Source: an uncultured Clostridia bacterium (GTDB lineage Bacteria; Bacillota; Clostridia; Christensenellales; Borkfalkiaceae). From it: a stretch of DNA of 64,000 nucleotides. Where the stretch lies: positions 414 through 64,413 of the forward strand of contig CAMGEK010000001.1 in assembly GCA_946055105.1 (NCBI GenBank). The letters are read 5' to 3'. Both the position numbers and the translations under genes were made by a program. Shown here in pieces: positions 37,620 through 46,221 of this stretch (positions within the stretch are counted from its first letter, which is position 1; every line of letters begins with the position of its first letter). The notes beneath the pieces were generated by a model. That model had not been told where the DNA came from. It did not search any database and worked only from the letters and a program-made list of their open reading frames with translations.

Positions 37620-38879
37620 ATGAGTATGCAGGAAAAGAGAGTAGAAGAGGGAATCACGGTCGGCGAGCTGTTCCGCGTGATTTTCAGGCGCGTATGGATC
37701 TTGCTCGGCGGAACGTTGGCGTGCGCCGCGTTGATCGTGCTCGTCGTCGCGCTGTTCGTAAACGGCGCGAACAAGGAATATTCGATGAGTTACACGCTGG
37801 AATTTCCCGGCTATGAAAATCTGCGCTATCCGGACGGAAGCGCGTTCCGTTATCAGAGCGTCGTGTCTCTGAAAAATCTCGAACGCGTGAAAAATTCCGA
37901 CGAAGCGTTTGCGAATATGAACGTTTCCAAGATGTACGAGGCGAACGCCGTCGTCATCGAGTTTCATGCGCCCGAAGTCGCGACCAATCAGACTTCGGGG
38001 AAATACACGATCACCGCAAAGGGATCGTATTTTCCGTCCGAGGAGACGGCGACGCGCTTTCTCCGCAAGCTTGCGGAAACGCCCGTCGATCATATCGAAG
38101 AGTCGGTCGCTTCCGCCAATTATAAGGAAGCGTTGGACGAATATTCTGCGGAGGACGCGTCCTATGAAAACAAAATCGCGTTTCTTGCGGAACAGCGCGA
38201 CTATCTTCTTTCGCAATATTCCGCGCTCATCGTAGCTTACGGAGAGTCGTACCGCGTCGAGAACCGCACGCTCAAAAGCTATTCCGCGACGGTGTCGAAC
38301 GCATTTTCCGAGAATTTGCAGGAGACGTTGCTTTCGACGGCTTCCGCGAAAGGGTTCGTCGTCAACGCCGACGCGTACCGCAGATACGCTGCGAGTCGGC
38401 TCACGGAGATCGGCGCGCTGATTTCGGATAATTCCGCCGTAATCGGGGCGTTGAGCAATCTGGCGAGCGCGGGCAACGAGGAAGCGCAGTACAGGATCGC
38501 GAAACTGACCGAGGAAAACGCAAAGCTGACGAGGGAGAAATCGAAAATTGAAGATACGGTGACGAATCTCGACAATCAGAGCGAACAGACGATACGGGAA
38601 AAAGAGGCGTTCGACGCGGAGCTGCAAAGTTGTTACGATAAGCTTTCCGCGCAGGCGGGAGAGTACCGCAACGTATTGCAGATCGTCTACGGAACGGAAT
38701 CCGCGGTCACGTTCGACAAGACGAAAGCGGAGACGAACGGAACGACCAATCTCGTGGTCGCCGCCGTTGCGGGCGTTGTGATCGGATTCATAGCGACCTG
38801 CATTGTCATATGCGCGGTGGATCTGCCCGCCTATCTCAGAAAGAAGCGGTCGTCGGACGGCGGGAAGGAAGAGAACTGA
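37620..38879 (+). CDS. Wzz/polysaccharide co-polymerase-like bitopic membrane protein (419 aa)
   Basis: The SD AAGGGAG lies upstream of the ATG. There is an N-terminal TM after ITVGELFRVIFRR, about 330 aa of helical/coiled-coil ectodomain, and a C-terminal TM (LVVAAVAGVVIGFIATCIVICAV). No partner tyrosine kinase gene is nearby. Confidence 0.5.
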   Translation: MSMQEKRVEEGITVGELFRVIFRRVWILLGGTLACAALIVLVVALFVNGANKEYSMSYTLEFPGYENLRYPDGSAFRYQSVVSLKNLERVKNSDEAFANMNVSKMYEANAVVIEFHAPEVATNQTSGKYTITAKGSYFPSEETATRFLRKLAETPVDHIEESVASANYKEALDEYSAEDASYENKIAFLAEQRDYLLSQYSALIVAYGESYRVENRTLKSYSATVSNAFSENLQETLLSTASAKGFVVNADAYRRYAASRLTEIGALISDNSAVIGALSNLASAGNEEAQYRIAKLTEENAKLTREKSKIEDTVTNLDNQSEQTIREKEAFDAELQSCYDKLSAQAGEYRNVLQIVYGTESAVTFDKTKAETNGTTNLVVAAVAGVVIGFIATCIVICAVDLPAYLRKKRSSDGGKEEN

Positions 38880-38888
38880 CTGAATGGA

Positions 38889-38923
38889 AGAGCGAACCGC
38901 AAAGGCGCGGTTCGCTCTTTTCG
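38889..38923 (+). terminator. intrinsic terminator
   Basis: A 12-bp stem AGAGCGAACCGC/GCGGTTCGCTCT with a 6-nt loop is followed by a T-run. Confidence 0.7.
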
Positions 38924-38959
38924 GATACGCCGTTCTGCGGCGGGAGGAGCGCGGGGGCG

Positions 38960-39217
38960 ATGGACGGAAAATATTACGTTTACGTCGTGCGATGTTGCGA
39001 CGGCACGCTCTATACGGGCTGGACAAACGATCTTCATAACCGGATCCGGACGCATAACGCGGGCAAGGGCGCGAAATATACCCGTTCGCGTCTGCCCGTG
39101 CGGCTCGTGTACAGCGAAACGCTGTCGTCGGAACGCGAAGCGCGCAGTCGGGAATGGCGTCTAAAACGCCTTTCGCGCGCCGAAAAACTGCTCCTGATCG
39201 GAGCGGACGAGCGGTGA
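38960..39217 (+). CDS. GIY-YIG nuclease superfamily protein (UPF0213/YhbQ-like, 86 aa)
   Basis: It has YYVYVVRCCDGTLYTGWTNDL..R...HN and an E...K tail. Confidence 0.8.
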   Translation: MDGKYYVYVVRCCDGTLYTGWTNDLHNRIRTHNAGKGAKYTRSRLPVRLVYSETLSSEREARSREWRLKRLSRAEKLLLIGADER

Positions 39218-39276
39218 CGCGGCGACGGGTTCGACGGAAGAACGGGAAAAGGAGAGAGCATACGAAAAAGATATTG

Positions 39277-40254
39277 ATGATCGCGACGGGCGGAACGATC
39301 GCGTCGAAAAATTCAGAACGGGGACTGTCTCCCGCGATCACGGCGGAGGAACTGCTCGGGTACGTGCCCGAAATCGCGGATAAGTGCGAGGTGGAAACGG
39401 TATCGCCGTTCAACCTCGACAGCACGAACGTCTATTACAGACATTGGTTGGAACTTGCGGCGTTGATCGAACGCAATTACGCCGATTACGACGGATTCGT
39501 GGTCACGCACGGCACGGACACGATGGCGTATACGGCGGCGGCGCTCTCCTATCTCGTACAGAACAGCGCGAAGCCCGTCGTGCTGACGGGTTCTCAGAAA
39601 TCGGTCTGCCTGCGGGATACGGACGCGCGCAAGAATCTCTCCGACGCGTTCTCCTACTGCGCGGACGACGGCGCGTTCGGCGTGCGGGTGGTGTTCGACG
39701 GCAAGATTATTTTGGGCACGCGGGCGAAAAAGACGCGCACGCGCAGTTATAACGCCTTTTCGAGCGTGGATTTTCCCGAAGTCGGGGTCGTGCGGGACGG
39801 AACGCCCGTGTATTATCTGAACGACAACAAACCGACGGGCGCGCCCGTATTCGGAAAATCGCTCGATCCCGACGTGTTCGTGCTCAAAATGATTCCGGGA
39901 ATGAGCGCGCAGATCTTTGAATATCTGGGCGAGCATTACGACGGCGTGATCGTCGAATCGTTCGGTTCGGGAGGATTGCCTCGCTATGAAAACGACGCGT
40001 TTTTCTCCTTCGTCAAAGCGTTCGTCGAAAAGGGCAAGACGCTCGTACTCGGCACGCAGGTGGAACGGGAGGGCAGCGCGCTCGACGTTTACGAAGTGGG
40101 AAAGCGGTTTTTGAGTTTTCCGAACGTGCTCGAAGCGCGGAACATGACGTTGGAAGCGACGGTCGCGAAACTCATGTGGATTCTCGGAAAGACGCGGGAC
40201 GAAGCGGAAATCGGCAGGCTGTTCCTGACGCCCGTCGATCGGGACGTCGTCTGA
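39277..40254 (+). CDS. ansA: L-asparaginase, type I
   Basis: It has ATGGTIAS and HGTDTMAYTAA motifs. It is about 325 aa. Confidence 0.8.
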   Translation: MIATGGTIASKNSERGLSPAITAEELLGYVPEIADKCEVETVSPFNLDSTNVYYRHWLELAALIERNYADYDGFVVTHGTDTMAYTAAALSYLVQNSAKPVVLTGSQKSVCLRDTDARKNLSDAFSYCADDGAFGVRVVFDGKIILGTRAKKTRTRSYNAFSSVDFPEVGVVRDGTPVYYLNDNKPTGAPVFGKSLDPDVFVLKMIPGMSAQIFEYLGEHYDGVIVESFGSGGLPRYENDAFFSFVKAFVEKGKTLVLGTQVEREGSALDVYEVGKRFLSFPNVLEARNMTLEATVAKLMWILGKTRDEAEIGRLFLTPVDRDVV

Positions 40255-40288
40255 ACGGGCGGGAGCGGAACGGCGGGGAGAAAGTAAC

Positions 40289-41134
40289 GTGCAAAGCAGA
40301 TTCATAGGAACGTTGAGCCTCTACGAGATATTCGCATATTTTTTTCTGTATTCCTTTCTCGGCTGGGTGACGGAGGTCGCCTATCATGCCGTAAAGACGG
40401 GAAAATTCGTCAACCGCGGGTTTCTGAACGGACCCGTCTGCCCCATTTACGGCGTGGGCGTCGTCGCGGTATTGCTGATTCTCGGCAGAAGCGCGGAAAA
40501 ACCCTGGCTCGTGTTTATCGTCGGACTTGCGTTTCCGACGGCGGTCGAGCTTTTCACGGGCTGGGCGCTCGAAAAGTTCTTTCATAACAAATGGTGGGAT
40601 TATTCCGACCGTAAATTCAATTTCAAAGGTTACGTCTGCCTGGAATTTTCGCTCCTGTGGGCGTTTGCGGTTCTGCTCGTCGTGGAAGTTTTGCACCCGT
40701 TCGTGCGCGCGTTCGCGGGGTTGTTCGGGGAGCTCGCGGGGGATATTATCCTCGGATTGTTTTGCGTGGCGATGCTCGTCGACGTCGCGCTGACCGTAAT
40801 GCAGGTGCTGAAATTCAACCGCCGTCTCGCGGAGATCGACGAAATCGCCCGCGCGATGCGCGTTCCCGCCGAGGCGATCGGCAAGAAAGTCGCTTCGGCG
40901 ACGCTCGTCGTCGAAAAGGGCGTTTCCGCCGCGGGGAAACGGGTGGAATCGGTCAAAGACGCGCTCTCCGAGCGCTGGAACGAGGCGTTGCTCGCCGCCG
41001 TCCGCAGAACGCCCAAACGGCTTCTGAAAGCGTTTCCGCGCCTCGTTTCCCGTCGCAATCCCGATTCCGTCACGATCGTGAAAGAGGGCATGGAAGAGAT
41101 GAAGTCGGAGCAAAAGGAGCGCCGCGACTCATAA
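40289..41134 (+). CDS. membrane protein, putative 'ABC-transporter type IV'/CmpB-like family
   Basis: The start is GTG with SD GGGGAGAAAG. It has FFLYSFLGWVTEV, FLNGPVCPIYG and KWWDYSD motifs, plus a charged C-terminal tail. Confidence 0.6.
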   Translation: MQSRFIGTLSLYEIFAYFFLYSFLGWVTEVAYHAVKTGKFVNRGFLNGPVCPIYGVGVVAVLLILGRSAEKPWLVFIVGLAFPTAVELFTGWALEKFFHNKWWDYSDRKFNFKGYVCLEFSLLWAFAVLLVVEVLHPFVRAFAGLFGELAGDIILGLFCVAMLVDVALTVMQVLKFNRRLAEIDEIARAMRVPAEAIGKKVASATLVVEKGVSAAGKRVESVKDALSERWNEALLAAVRRTPKRLLKAFPRLVSRRNPDSVTIVKEGMEEMKSEQKERRDS

Positions 41135-41192
41135 CGCGCGGCGTAAGGACATAGAGTATAGGGGCGCGAAACGCGCCGCAAAGGGGCGGAAT

Positions 41193-41840
41193 ATGGAACG
41201 TAGCGAGATCTTCACGGAACGGTTGTTCGACCTTTCTCATACTCTTCTCGGAGCGTATCTCTCCCGATTCGCCTATCCGTGGGAGGCGCTCGACGGGCTG
41301 AGCGGGGAAATTTACGCGCTCGGCGAACGGTTGGGCGCGGAGTACCGCGAGACCGCGGAGGGGGTTTGGGTACACGAAAGCGCGAAAATCGCGCCGACTG
41401 CCTGTCTTTGCGCGCCGTGTATCGTCTGCGCGCGTGCGGAAATCCGTCATTGCGCGTTTATCAGGGGCTCCGTTCTGATCGGCGCGGATTGCGTCGTGGG
41501 AAATTCGACGGAACTCAAAAACGCCGTTCTGTTCGACGGCGCGCAAGTTCCGCATTTCAATTACGTCGGGGATTCGGTCGTGGGTTATCGCGCGCATCTG
41601 GGCGCGGGCGCGATCGCTTCCAACGTGCGGGGCGACGGATCGACCGTCCGCGTCCGTTGCGGCGAGGCGATCGAAACGGGGCGCAGGAAATTGGGCGCGA
41701 TGATCGGAGACGGCGCGGAAGTCGGCTGTAACAGCGTGCTCAATCCCGGAACGGTGCTCGGAAAACACAGCGTCGTAAGACCGCTCTCTTCCGTCCGCGG
41801 TTGCGTGCCGCGGAACGGGGTATGGAACGGTCGGAAATAG
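41193..41840 (+). CDS. left-handed beta-helix (hexapeptide repeat) protein, GlmU C-terminal-like
   Basis: It has ELKNAVLFDGAQVPHFNYVGDSVVGYRAHLGAGAI.SN, which is typical of LbH sugar-nucleotide acyl/nucleotidyl-transferases. Confidence 0.6.
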   Translation: MERSEIFTERLFDLSHTLLGAYLSRFAYPWEALDGLSGEIYALGERLGAEYRETAEGVWVHESAKIAPTACLCAPCIVCARAEIRHCAFIRGSVLIGADCVVGNSTELKNAVLFDGAQVPHFNYVGDSVVGYRAHLGAGAIASNVRGDGSTVRVRCGEAIETGRRKLGAMIGDGAEVGCNSVLNPGTVLGKHSVVRPLSSVRGCVPRNGVWNGRK

Positions 41841-41937
41841 AACGGTCGGGCGCGTCGCCGCGGTGCGGGCGCGAAAGAGCGGGACGCGGTGCGTTCGGAA
41901 AGGATAGACGGGCGGCATGTCCGCGATGAAAAACGGT

Positions 41938-41978
41938 AAAAACGAAACGCCGAGGGCATGCCCGCGGCGTTTCGTTTA
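41938..41978. terminator. bidirectional hairpin terminator
   Basis: AAACGAAACGCCG...CGGCGTTTCGTTT has an internal GGGCATGCCC. It sits between convergent genes and overlaps the ATP-grasp stop codon. Confidence 0.6.
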
Positions 41979-42776
41979 TCCGTGAAGTGAAAGCAATTCG
42001 TCGCGGATATGCCCGAGGTATAGTTCCGCCGCGTCCTTGTCCGTACAGCGGTAGAGCATACGCGTTCCGACGACGTCCTCGATCTCGTTGAGCGCCCAGC
42101 CTCCCTCGTGCGGAAGGAAGTCGACGCCTACGAAGTCGAATCGCAGTTCCGCGCGGAGCGCGCGCACGATCGCCTTCTGTTCTTCCGTCGCCTGCGTGAG
42201 CGTGACCGCGCCGCCGAGCGAAAAATTACTGCGGAAGTCGGTATCGGAAGAGCGGAACACCGCGGCGACGGTTTCGTCTCCGAGCGCGTAAACGCGCACG
42301 TCTTTCCCGACGTCGGAGCAGAACTCCTGCATGAGGAACGGTTTTCCGTTCAGCGCCCGTTTCGCCGCGGCGAACTGTTCCGCAGAGCGGACGGCGAAAA
42401 CTTCCGTTCCGCCGTGCCCGTCGAGCGATTTGAGAACGAAGGGATAATCGGGCGTTCCGTCCCGTTCCCGCAGGGTATGCAGTACGGGGATACCGAGCGT
42501 GCGGCAGAGCCGATAGGTCTCCCATTTATCGTTGGCGACGCGGGAGACGCGCGCGTTGTTAAAGACGCGTACGCCTCTTTCTTCGAGCACGCGGGAGAGA
42601 TCGGGGCGGATGGCGCGGACGATCGCGAAGTCGGGAAGTTCTTCGGGAAACGCGCCCGGGGAGAGGACGGAGAGCCGCAACGAAAGTCCGAACCGCGGCG
42701 CGAGGGCGAGAAACTGTTCGATCCACCAGCGGTTTCGGGTCGCGCCCGCTTCGTCGTAGAGGAGCAACCCGTTCAT
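41976..42776 (-). CDS. RimK-like ATP-grasp ligase (paralog 2)
   Basis: 266 aa with an ATP-grasp layout (VLKSLDGHGGTEVF, FLMQEF, DVRVY, DFRSNFSLGG, VDFL..NEIED). Confidence 0.7.
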   Translation of the reverse strand: MNGLLLYDEAGATRNRWWIEQFLALAPRFGLSLRLSVLSPGAFPEELPDFAIVRAIRPDLSRVLEERGVRVFNNARVSRVANDKWETYRLCRTLGIPVLHTLRERDGTPDYPFVLKSLDGHGGTEVFAVRSAEQFAAAKRALNGKPFLMQEFCSDVGKDVRVYALGDETVAAVFRSSDTDFRSNFSLGGAVTLTQATEEQKAIVRALRAELRFDFVGVDFLPHEGGWALNEIEDVVGTRMLYRCTDKDAAELYLGHIRDELLSLHG

Positions 42777-43639
42777 CGGAGCGACTCCAAAACGTGCGCC
42801 AGAAGCGCGCGGCTCAGATCGATTCCCGTACAGTCGAGGCTGCTTTTGAAATGCGGATTGGAATTGATTTCGCAGACGATCGGCTCGCCGTTTTCGCCGA
42901 AGAGCAGATCGACGCCCGCGAAGTCCGCGCCGACCGCGCGGCAGGCGTCGATCGCGGCTTTTTTTTGCGCGTCCGACGGTCGGTAGGCTTGCGCCGTGCC
43001 GCCGTTCGTAACGTTGGAGCGGAAGTCGTCGGGGTTATTGCGGAGGATCGCGGAGACGACGCGCCCGCCCGCCACGTTCACGCGCACGTCCTTTCCGACG
43101 GAGGAGCGGACGAATTTCTGCATAAGGAAATCCTTCCAGCCGATCCGCGAGACGATCTCCTTCGCTTCCGCGTAAGAACGCGCGAGATAGACCTGCTTTC
43201 CGAACGATCCGTACGCTTCCTTGACGACCAAGGGATAGCCGAGCAGATCCCCCGCCCGACGGAGGAACGCGCTTCCGCCGTAGCCGATTCCCTCGAACGT
43301 CTTGGGCGCGATCACCGTTTCGGGCGTTCTGACGGCGCCCCGCAGGGCGACGGAGGTCAGAATTTTGTTGTCGCACAGCGCGACGGTTCGCGCGGAATTG
43401 AATACGCGCGCGCCCGCCTGTTCGAGACGGTACGCGAGCGTTGCGTCCTTATCCCAGAAGATGACGAAGTCGGGTAACGAAAACGCGGAAAACCCGCTCT
43501 CCGTCGTGCACAGCAGACGGTCTGAGGAAACGAGTTCGAGCTCCGCGCCCTGCTCTTTTGCGGCGCAGAGCAACAGCGAGTAGATCGCGTCGAATTTTTC
43601 CGAACGCAGGAACGCGTTCACGACGAGCCAGCCTTTCAC
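42773..43639 (-). CDS. RimK-like ATP-grasp ligase (paralog 1)
   Basis: It has VVKEAYGSFGKQVY, FLMQKF, DVRVNV, DFRSNVTNGG and VDLLF..CEINSNP motifs. GTG 43639 has SD AAAGGAGA 6 nt upstream. The alternative ATG 43675 lies 8 nt after the -10 box (leaderless option). A 4-nt overlap links it to paralog 2. Confidence 0.7.
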   Translation of the reverse strand: MKGWLVVNAFLRSEKFDAIYSLLLCAAKEQGAELELVSSDRLLCTTESGFSAFSLPDFVIFWDKDATLAYRLEQAGARVFNSARTVALCDNKILTSVALRGAVRTPETVIAPKTFEGIGYGGSAFLRRAGDLLGYPLVVKEAYGSFGKQVYLARSYAEAKEIVSRIGWKDFLMQKFVRSSVGKDVRVNVAGGRVVSAILRNNPDDFRSNVTNGGTAQAYRPSDAQKKAAIDACRAVGADFAGVDLLFGENGEPIVCEINSNPHFKSSLDCTGIDLSRALLAHVLESLR

Positions 43640-43683
43640 GAAATTTCTCCTTTTTTCAGCGGCGTACCGTCGCATGGATTTTT

Positions 43684-43712
43684 ATTATACCATACCCTTC
43701 CGCCGTTGTCAA
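43684..43712 (-). promoter_or_regulatory. consensus sigma-A promoter of the ATP-grasp pair
   Basis: On the minus strand: TTGACA (43712-43707), 17 nt, then TGgTATAAT (-10 at 43689-43684). Confidence 0.65.
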
Positions 43713-43757
43713 TTTGCTTCCGCCGCGCGACCGTCTCGCCGCGCTAAAATCCGAATT

Positions 43758-43807
43758 GTTGATAAATCAACGTATTTTGTTGACAAACGCGAAAAAAGTT
43801 CTATAAT
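43758..43807 (+). promoter_or_regulatory. MarR-gene promoter with an upstream 14-bp palindrome (candidate operator)
   Basis: The palindrome GTTGATAAATCAAC lies at 43758-43771. The promoter is TTGACA (43780-43785), 16 nt, then TATAAT (43802-43807). Confidence 0.55.
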
Positions 43808-43844
43808 GAAGAGGGTAGAAAAAACGAAACGGAAAGGAGAGGAG

Positions 43845-44315
43845 ATGCAAAACCGGTTTGAAAATTTTACGATCACCATCCTGAAACTCAACAAGCTTGT
43901 GCAGAAGATCAAACTGATCGAAATGCAGGGATACGGATTAAAGGCGATACACGTGATGTGTCTTTACTATCTGAACGAACGCGGAGAGGGCGTCACGGCG
44001 AGCGAGCTTGCAAAGCTGACGCTGGAAGACAAGGGCGCGATTTCCCGCGCGCTCGGTCAGCTTCGGCAAAAGGGGTTCGTTCGGTACGATCCGGGCGCGT
44101 ACAACGAGCCGATTACGCTGACGGAAGAGGGCGAAAGAGCGTCCGCCTACGTTCTGAAAAAGGCGGCGCGCGCGGTGGACGCGGCGGGCGGCGGACTGAC
44201 CGAGGAGGAGCGGGAGAATTTTTACCGATCGCTCTGTTCGATCTCCGAGCGCCTCGACGGATATTACCGCAATTTGAAGGCGGAACGCGGCTTCCCGGAA
44301 GGAGGAAGGCTGTGA
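43845..44315 (+). CDS. MarR family transcriptional regulator
   Basis: 156 aa with a winged-HTH segment (VTASELAKLTLEDKGAISRALGQLRQKGFV). The SD is GGAAAGGAGAGGAG. Confidence 0.8.
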   Translation: MQNRFENFTITILKLNKLVQKIKLIEMQGYGLKAIHVMCLYYLNERGEGVTASELAKLTLEDKGAISRALGQLRQKGFVRYDPGAYNEPITLTEEGERASAYVLKKAARAVDAAGGGLTEEERENFYRSLCSISERLDGYYRNLKAERGFPEGGRL

Positions 44316-44546
44316 ACGCGTTCCGAAAGGCGTATTGCAGAATCTTCCAGGCGGTATTCAAACTTGCGTTGCCCGTTCTGCCCTATCGGAATTCCGAACC
44401 GACTGACCGTCAGGGAGGAGGACGTCGCAGAGCTCGCGGGCTATGCCGATCGGGAAGCGAATCCGCTCTATCCCGTTCCCGTGCTCTGGGATCGGGCGAA
44501 ACTCACGGAAGTTTACCGTAAAATAGGAGGACTGTATGACCGATGA
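44312..44546 (+). pseudogene. relic of an iron-containing alcohol dehydrogenase gene with a large internal deletion
   Basis: The N-terminal 27 codons (V)NAFRKAYCRIFQAVFKLALPVLPYR are joined out of frame to the C-terminal ~50 codons GIPNRLTVREEDVAELAGYADREANPLYPVPVLWDRAKL. About 1 kb of normal gene body is missing. Confidence 0.55.
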
Positions 44547-45912
44547 AATAAAAAATCTGGTCGAAAGCCAGAGAACGTTCTTCGCGAGCGGAAAGACGCT
44601 GGACGTTGCGTTCCGCAGAGAGCGGCTGAAAGCGTTGTACCGCGCGATTTCCGACAATTTAGCGCTCATTCACGAGGCTTTGAAGAAAGATCTCGGCAAG
44701 AGCGAGAGCGAAAGCTACATGTGCGAAACGGGATTGGTTCTGAGCGAATTGTCGTACATGGTTCGCAGAATCAAAAAATTTTCCAAACCCCGCCGCGTGA
44801 GGACGCCGCTCGCGCAGTCCGTTTCCAAGAGCTATCGGCTTCCGTCTCCGTACGGAACGGTGCTCGTCATGAGCCCGTGGAATTATCCCTTTCTGCTCTC
44901 GCTCGATCCGCTCGTCGACGCGGTGGCGGCGGGGAATACCGTCGTCTTAAAGACGAGTTCTTATTCCCCGAACACGGGCGCGGCGATCGCGGCGGTGTTG
45001 AAAAGCGTGTTTCCTCCCGAATACGTCGCCGTATTGCCCGGCGGCGCGCAAGGAAACGCCGCCCTGCTCGAAGAGAAGTTCGACTATATCTTCTTCACGG
45101 GCAGTAAACGCGTCGGAAAGATCGTCTACGGAAAGGCGGCGGAGACGCTGACGCCCGTCACGTTGGAGCTGGGCGGAAAAAGTCCCTGCATCGTGGACGA
45201 AACGGCGGACGTTCCGCTCGCGGCGAAGCGCATCGTCTGGGGAAAATTTCTCAATCTCGGACAGACCTGCGTCGCGCCCGACTATATTCTCTGTGCGGAA
45301 TCCGTTCACGACAGGCTGATCGCCGAACTCAAAAAACAGATCGGAAAGCAGTTCGGGGAAGAGCCCGCGTCTCATCCCGACTACGGGAAGATCGTCAACG
45401 AAAAACATTTCCGCCGCCTCTGCGGGCTCATCGACGAGCGGAAAATCGTTCACGGCGGGAAACGGTACGCCGAGACGTTGCAGATCGAACCGACGGTGCT
45501 CGACGGCGTGCGCGAATCCGATCCCGTCATGCAGGAGGAGATCTTCGGACCCGTGCTGCCCGTTCTCACCTATCGGGAGGAATCCGAAGTAACGGACTTC
45601 GTCTCCTCGCACGACGCGCCGCTCGCGCTGTACGTTTTTTCGTCGGACAGAAAGCGGATCCGATCGCTTACGACCAAGCTCGGATTCGGCGGCGGCTGCG
45701 TCAACGACGTCGTCATTCACCTTGCCACGCCGTATATGCCGTTCGGCGGTTTTCGGGAAAGCGGTCTCGGCAGTTATCACGGCAGAACGGGGTTCGAGAC
45801 CTTCACGCACTATAAGAGCATCGTCGATAAAAAGACCTTTCTCGATCTTCCCATGCGCTACCGTCCGTTCAAACGCGCCTATCGGAAGTTGATCAGACTC
45901 TTTCTCCGTTGA
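44536..45912 (+). CDS. NAD(P)+-dependent aldehyde dehydrogenase (class 3-like)
   Basis: It has SPWNYPF, the catalytic LELGGKSPCIV, and GQTCVAPDY (Cys) motifs. It is 458 aa. Confidence 0.85.
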   Translation: MTDEIKNLVESQRTFFASGKTLDVAFRRERLKALYRAISDNLALIHEALKKDLGKSESESYMCETGLVLSELSYMVRRIKKFSKPRRVRTPLAQSVSKSYRLPSPYGTVLVMSPWNYPFLLSLDPLVDAVAAGNTVVLKTSSYSPNTGAAIAAVLKSVFPPEYVAVLPGGAQGNAALLEEKFDYIFFTGSKRVGKIVYGKAAETLTPVTLELGGKSPCIVDETADVPLAAKRIVWGKFLNLGQTCVAPDYILCAESVHDRLIAELKKQIGKQFGEEPASHPDYGKIVNEKHFRRLCGLIDERKIVHGGKRYAETLQIEPTVLDGVRESDPVMQEEIFGPVLPVLTYREESEVTDFVSSHDAPLALYVFSSDRKRIRSLTTKLGFGGGCVNDVVIHLATPYMPFGGFRESGLGSYHGRTGFETFTHYKSIVDKKTFLDLPMRYRPFKRAYRKLIRLFLR

Positions 45913-45985
45913 CGCGCCTGCGGCGGAACGCGCGGATTTTGCGCCTCGCGCGCGACAATAGATAGCGCGCAACGAAAAAACGGGA

Positions 45986-46021
45986 AAACGGAAGGATTCG
46001 GCGGATGCTTCCGTTTTTTTG
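45986..46021 (+). terminator. intrinsic terminator after the ALDH gene
   Basis: The stem AAAACGGAAG...CTTCCGTTTT is followed by a T-run. Confidence 0.7.
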
Positions 46022-46082
46022 TTCGTTCGGAGCAAAAATGCTCCTTCCGCGTGAAAAAAATTAAATTTTTTCCTAAAAAGCA

Positions 46083-46111
46083 TTGACAAACGCGACGGAT
46101 CGTGATATAAT
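46083..46111 (+). promoter_or_regulatory. consensus sigma-A promoter of the fructan locus
   Basis: TTGACA (46083-46088), 17 nt, then TGaTATAAT (-10 at 46106-46111). Confidence 0.7.
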
Positions 46112-46120
46112 CCAGTAAAG

Positions 46121-46136
46121 TTGGAATCGATTCCAA
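46121..46136. promoter_or_regulatory. LacI-family/cre-type operator O1
   Basis: This is the perfect 16-bp palindrome TTGGAATCGATTCCAA. Its core TGGAATCGATTCCA fits TGNAANCGNTTNCA. It lies at about +3 to +18 of the predicted transcript. Confidence 0.7.
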
Positions 46137-46191
46137 ACTGAAAACTTCATTCAAAAACGGAAAAAGTGTTCGCAAAACGCTTTTTCTTCTT

Positions 46192-46221
46192 CCTGAATTT
46201 GGAATCGATTCCAAATTCAGG
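46192..46221. promoter_or_regulatory. operator O2 embedded in a perfect 30-bp palindrome
   Basis: CCTGAATTTGGAATCGATTCCAAATTCAGG has the same 16-bp core as O1. The centres are 78 bp apart. Confidence 0.7.
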
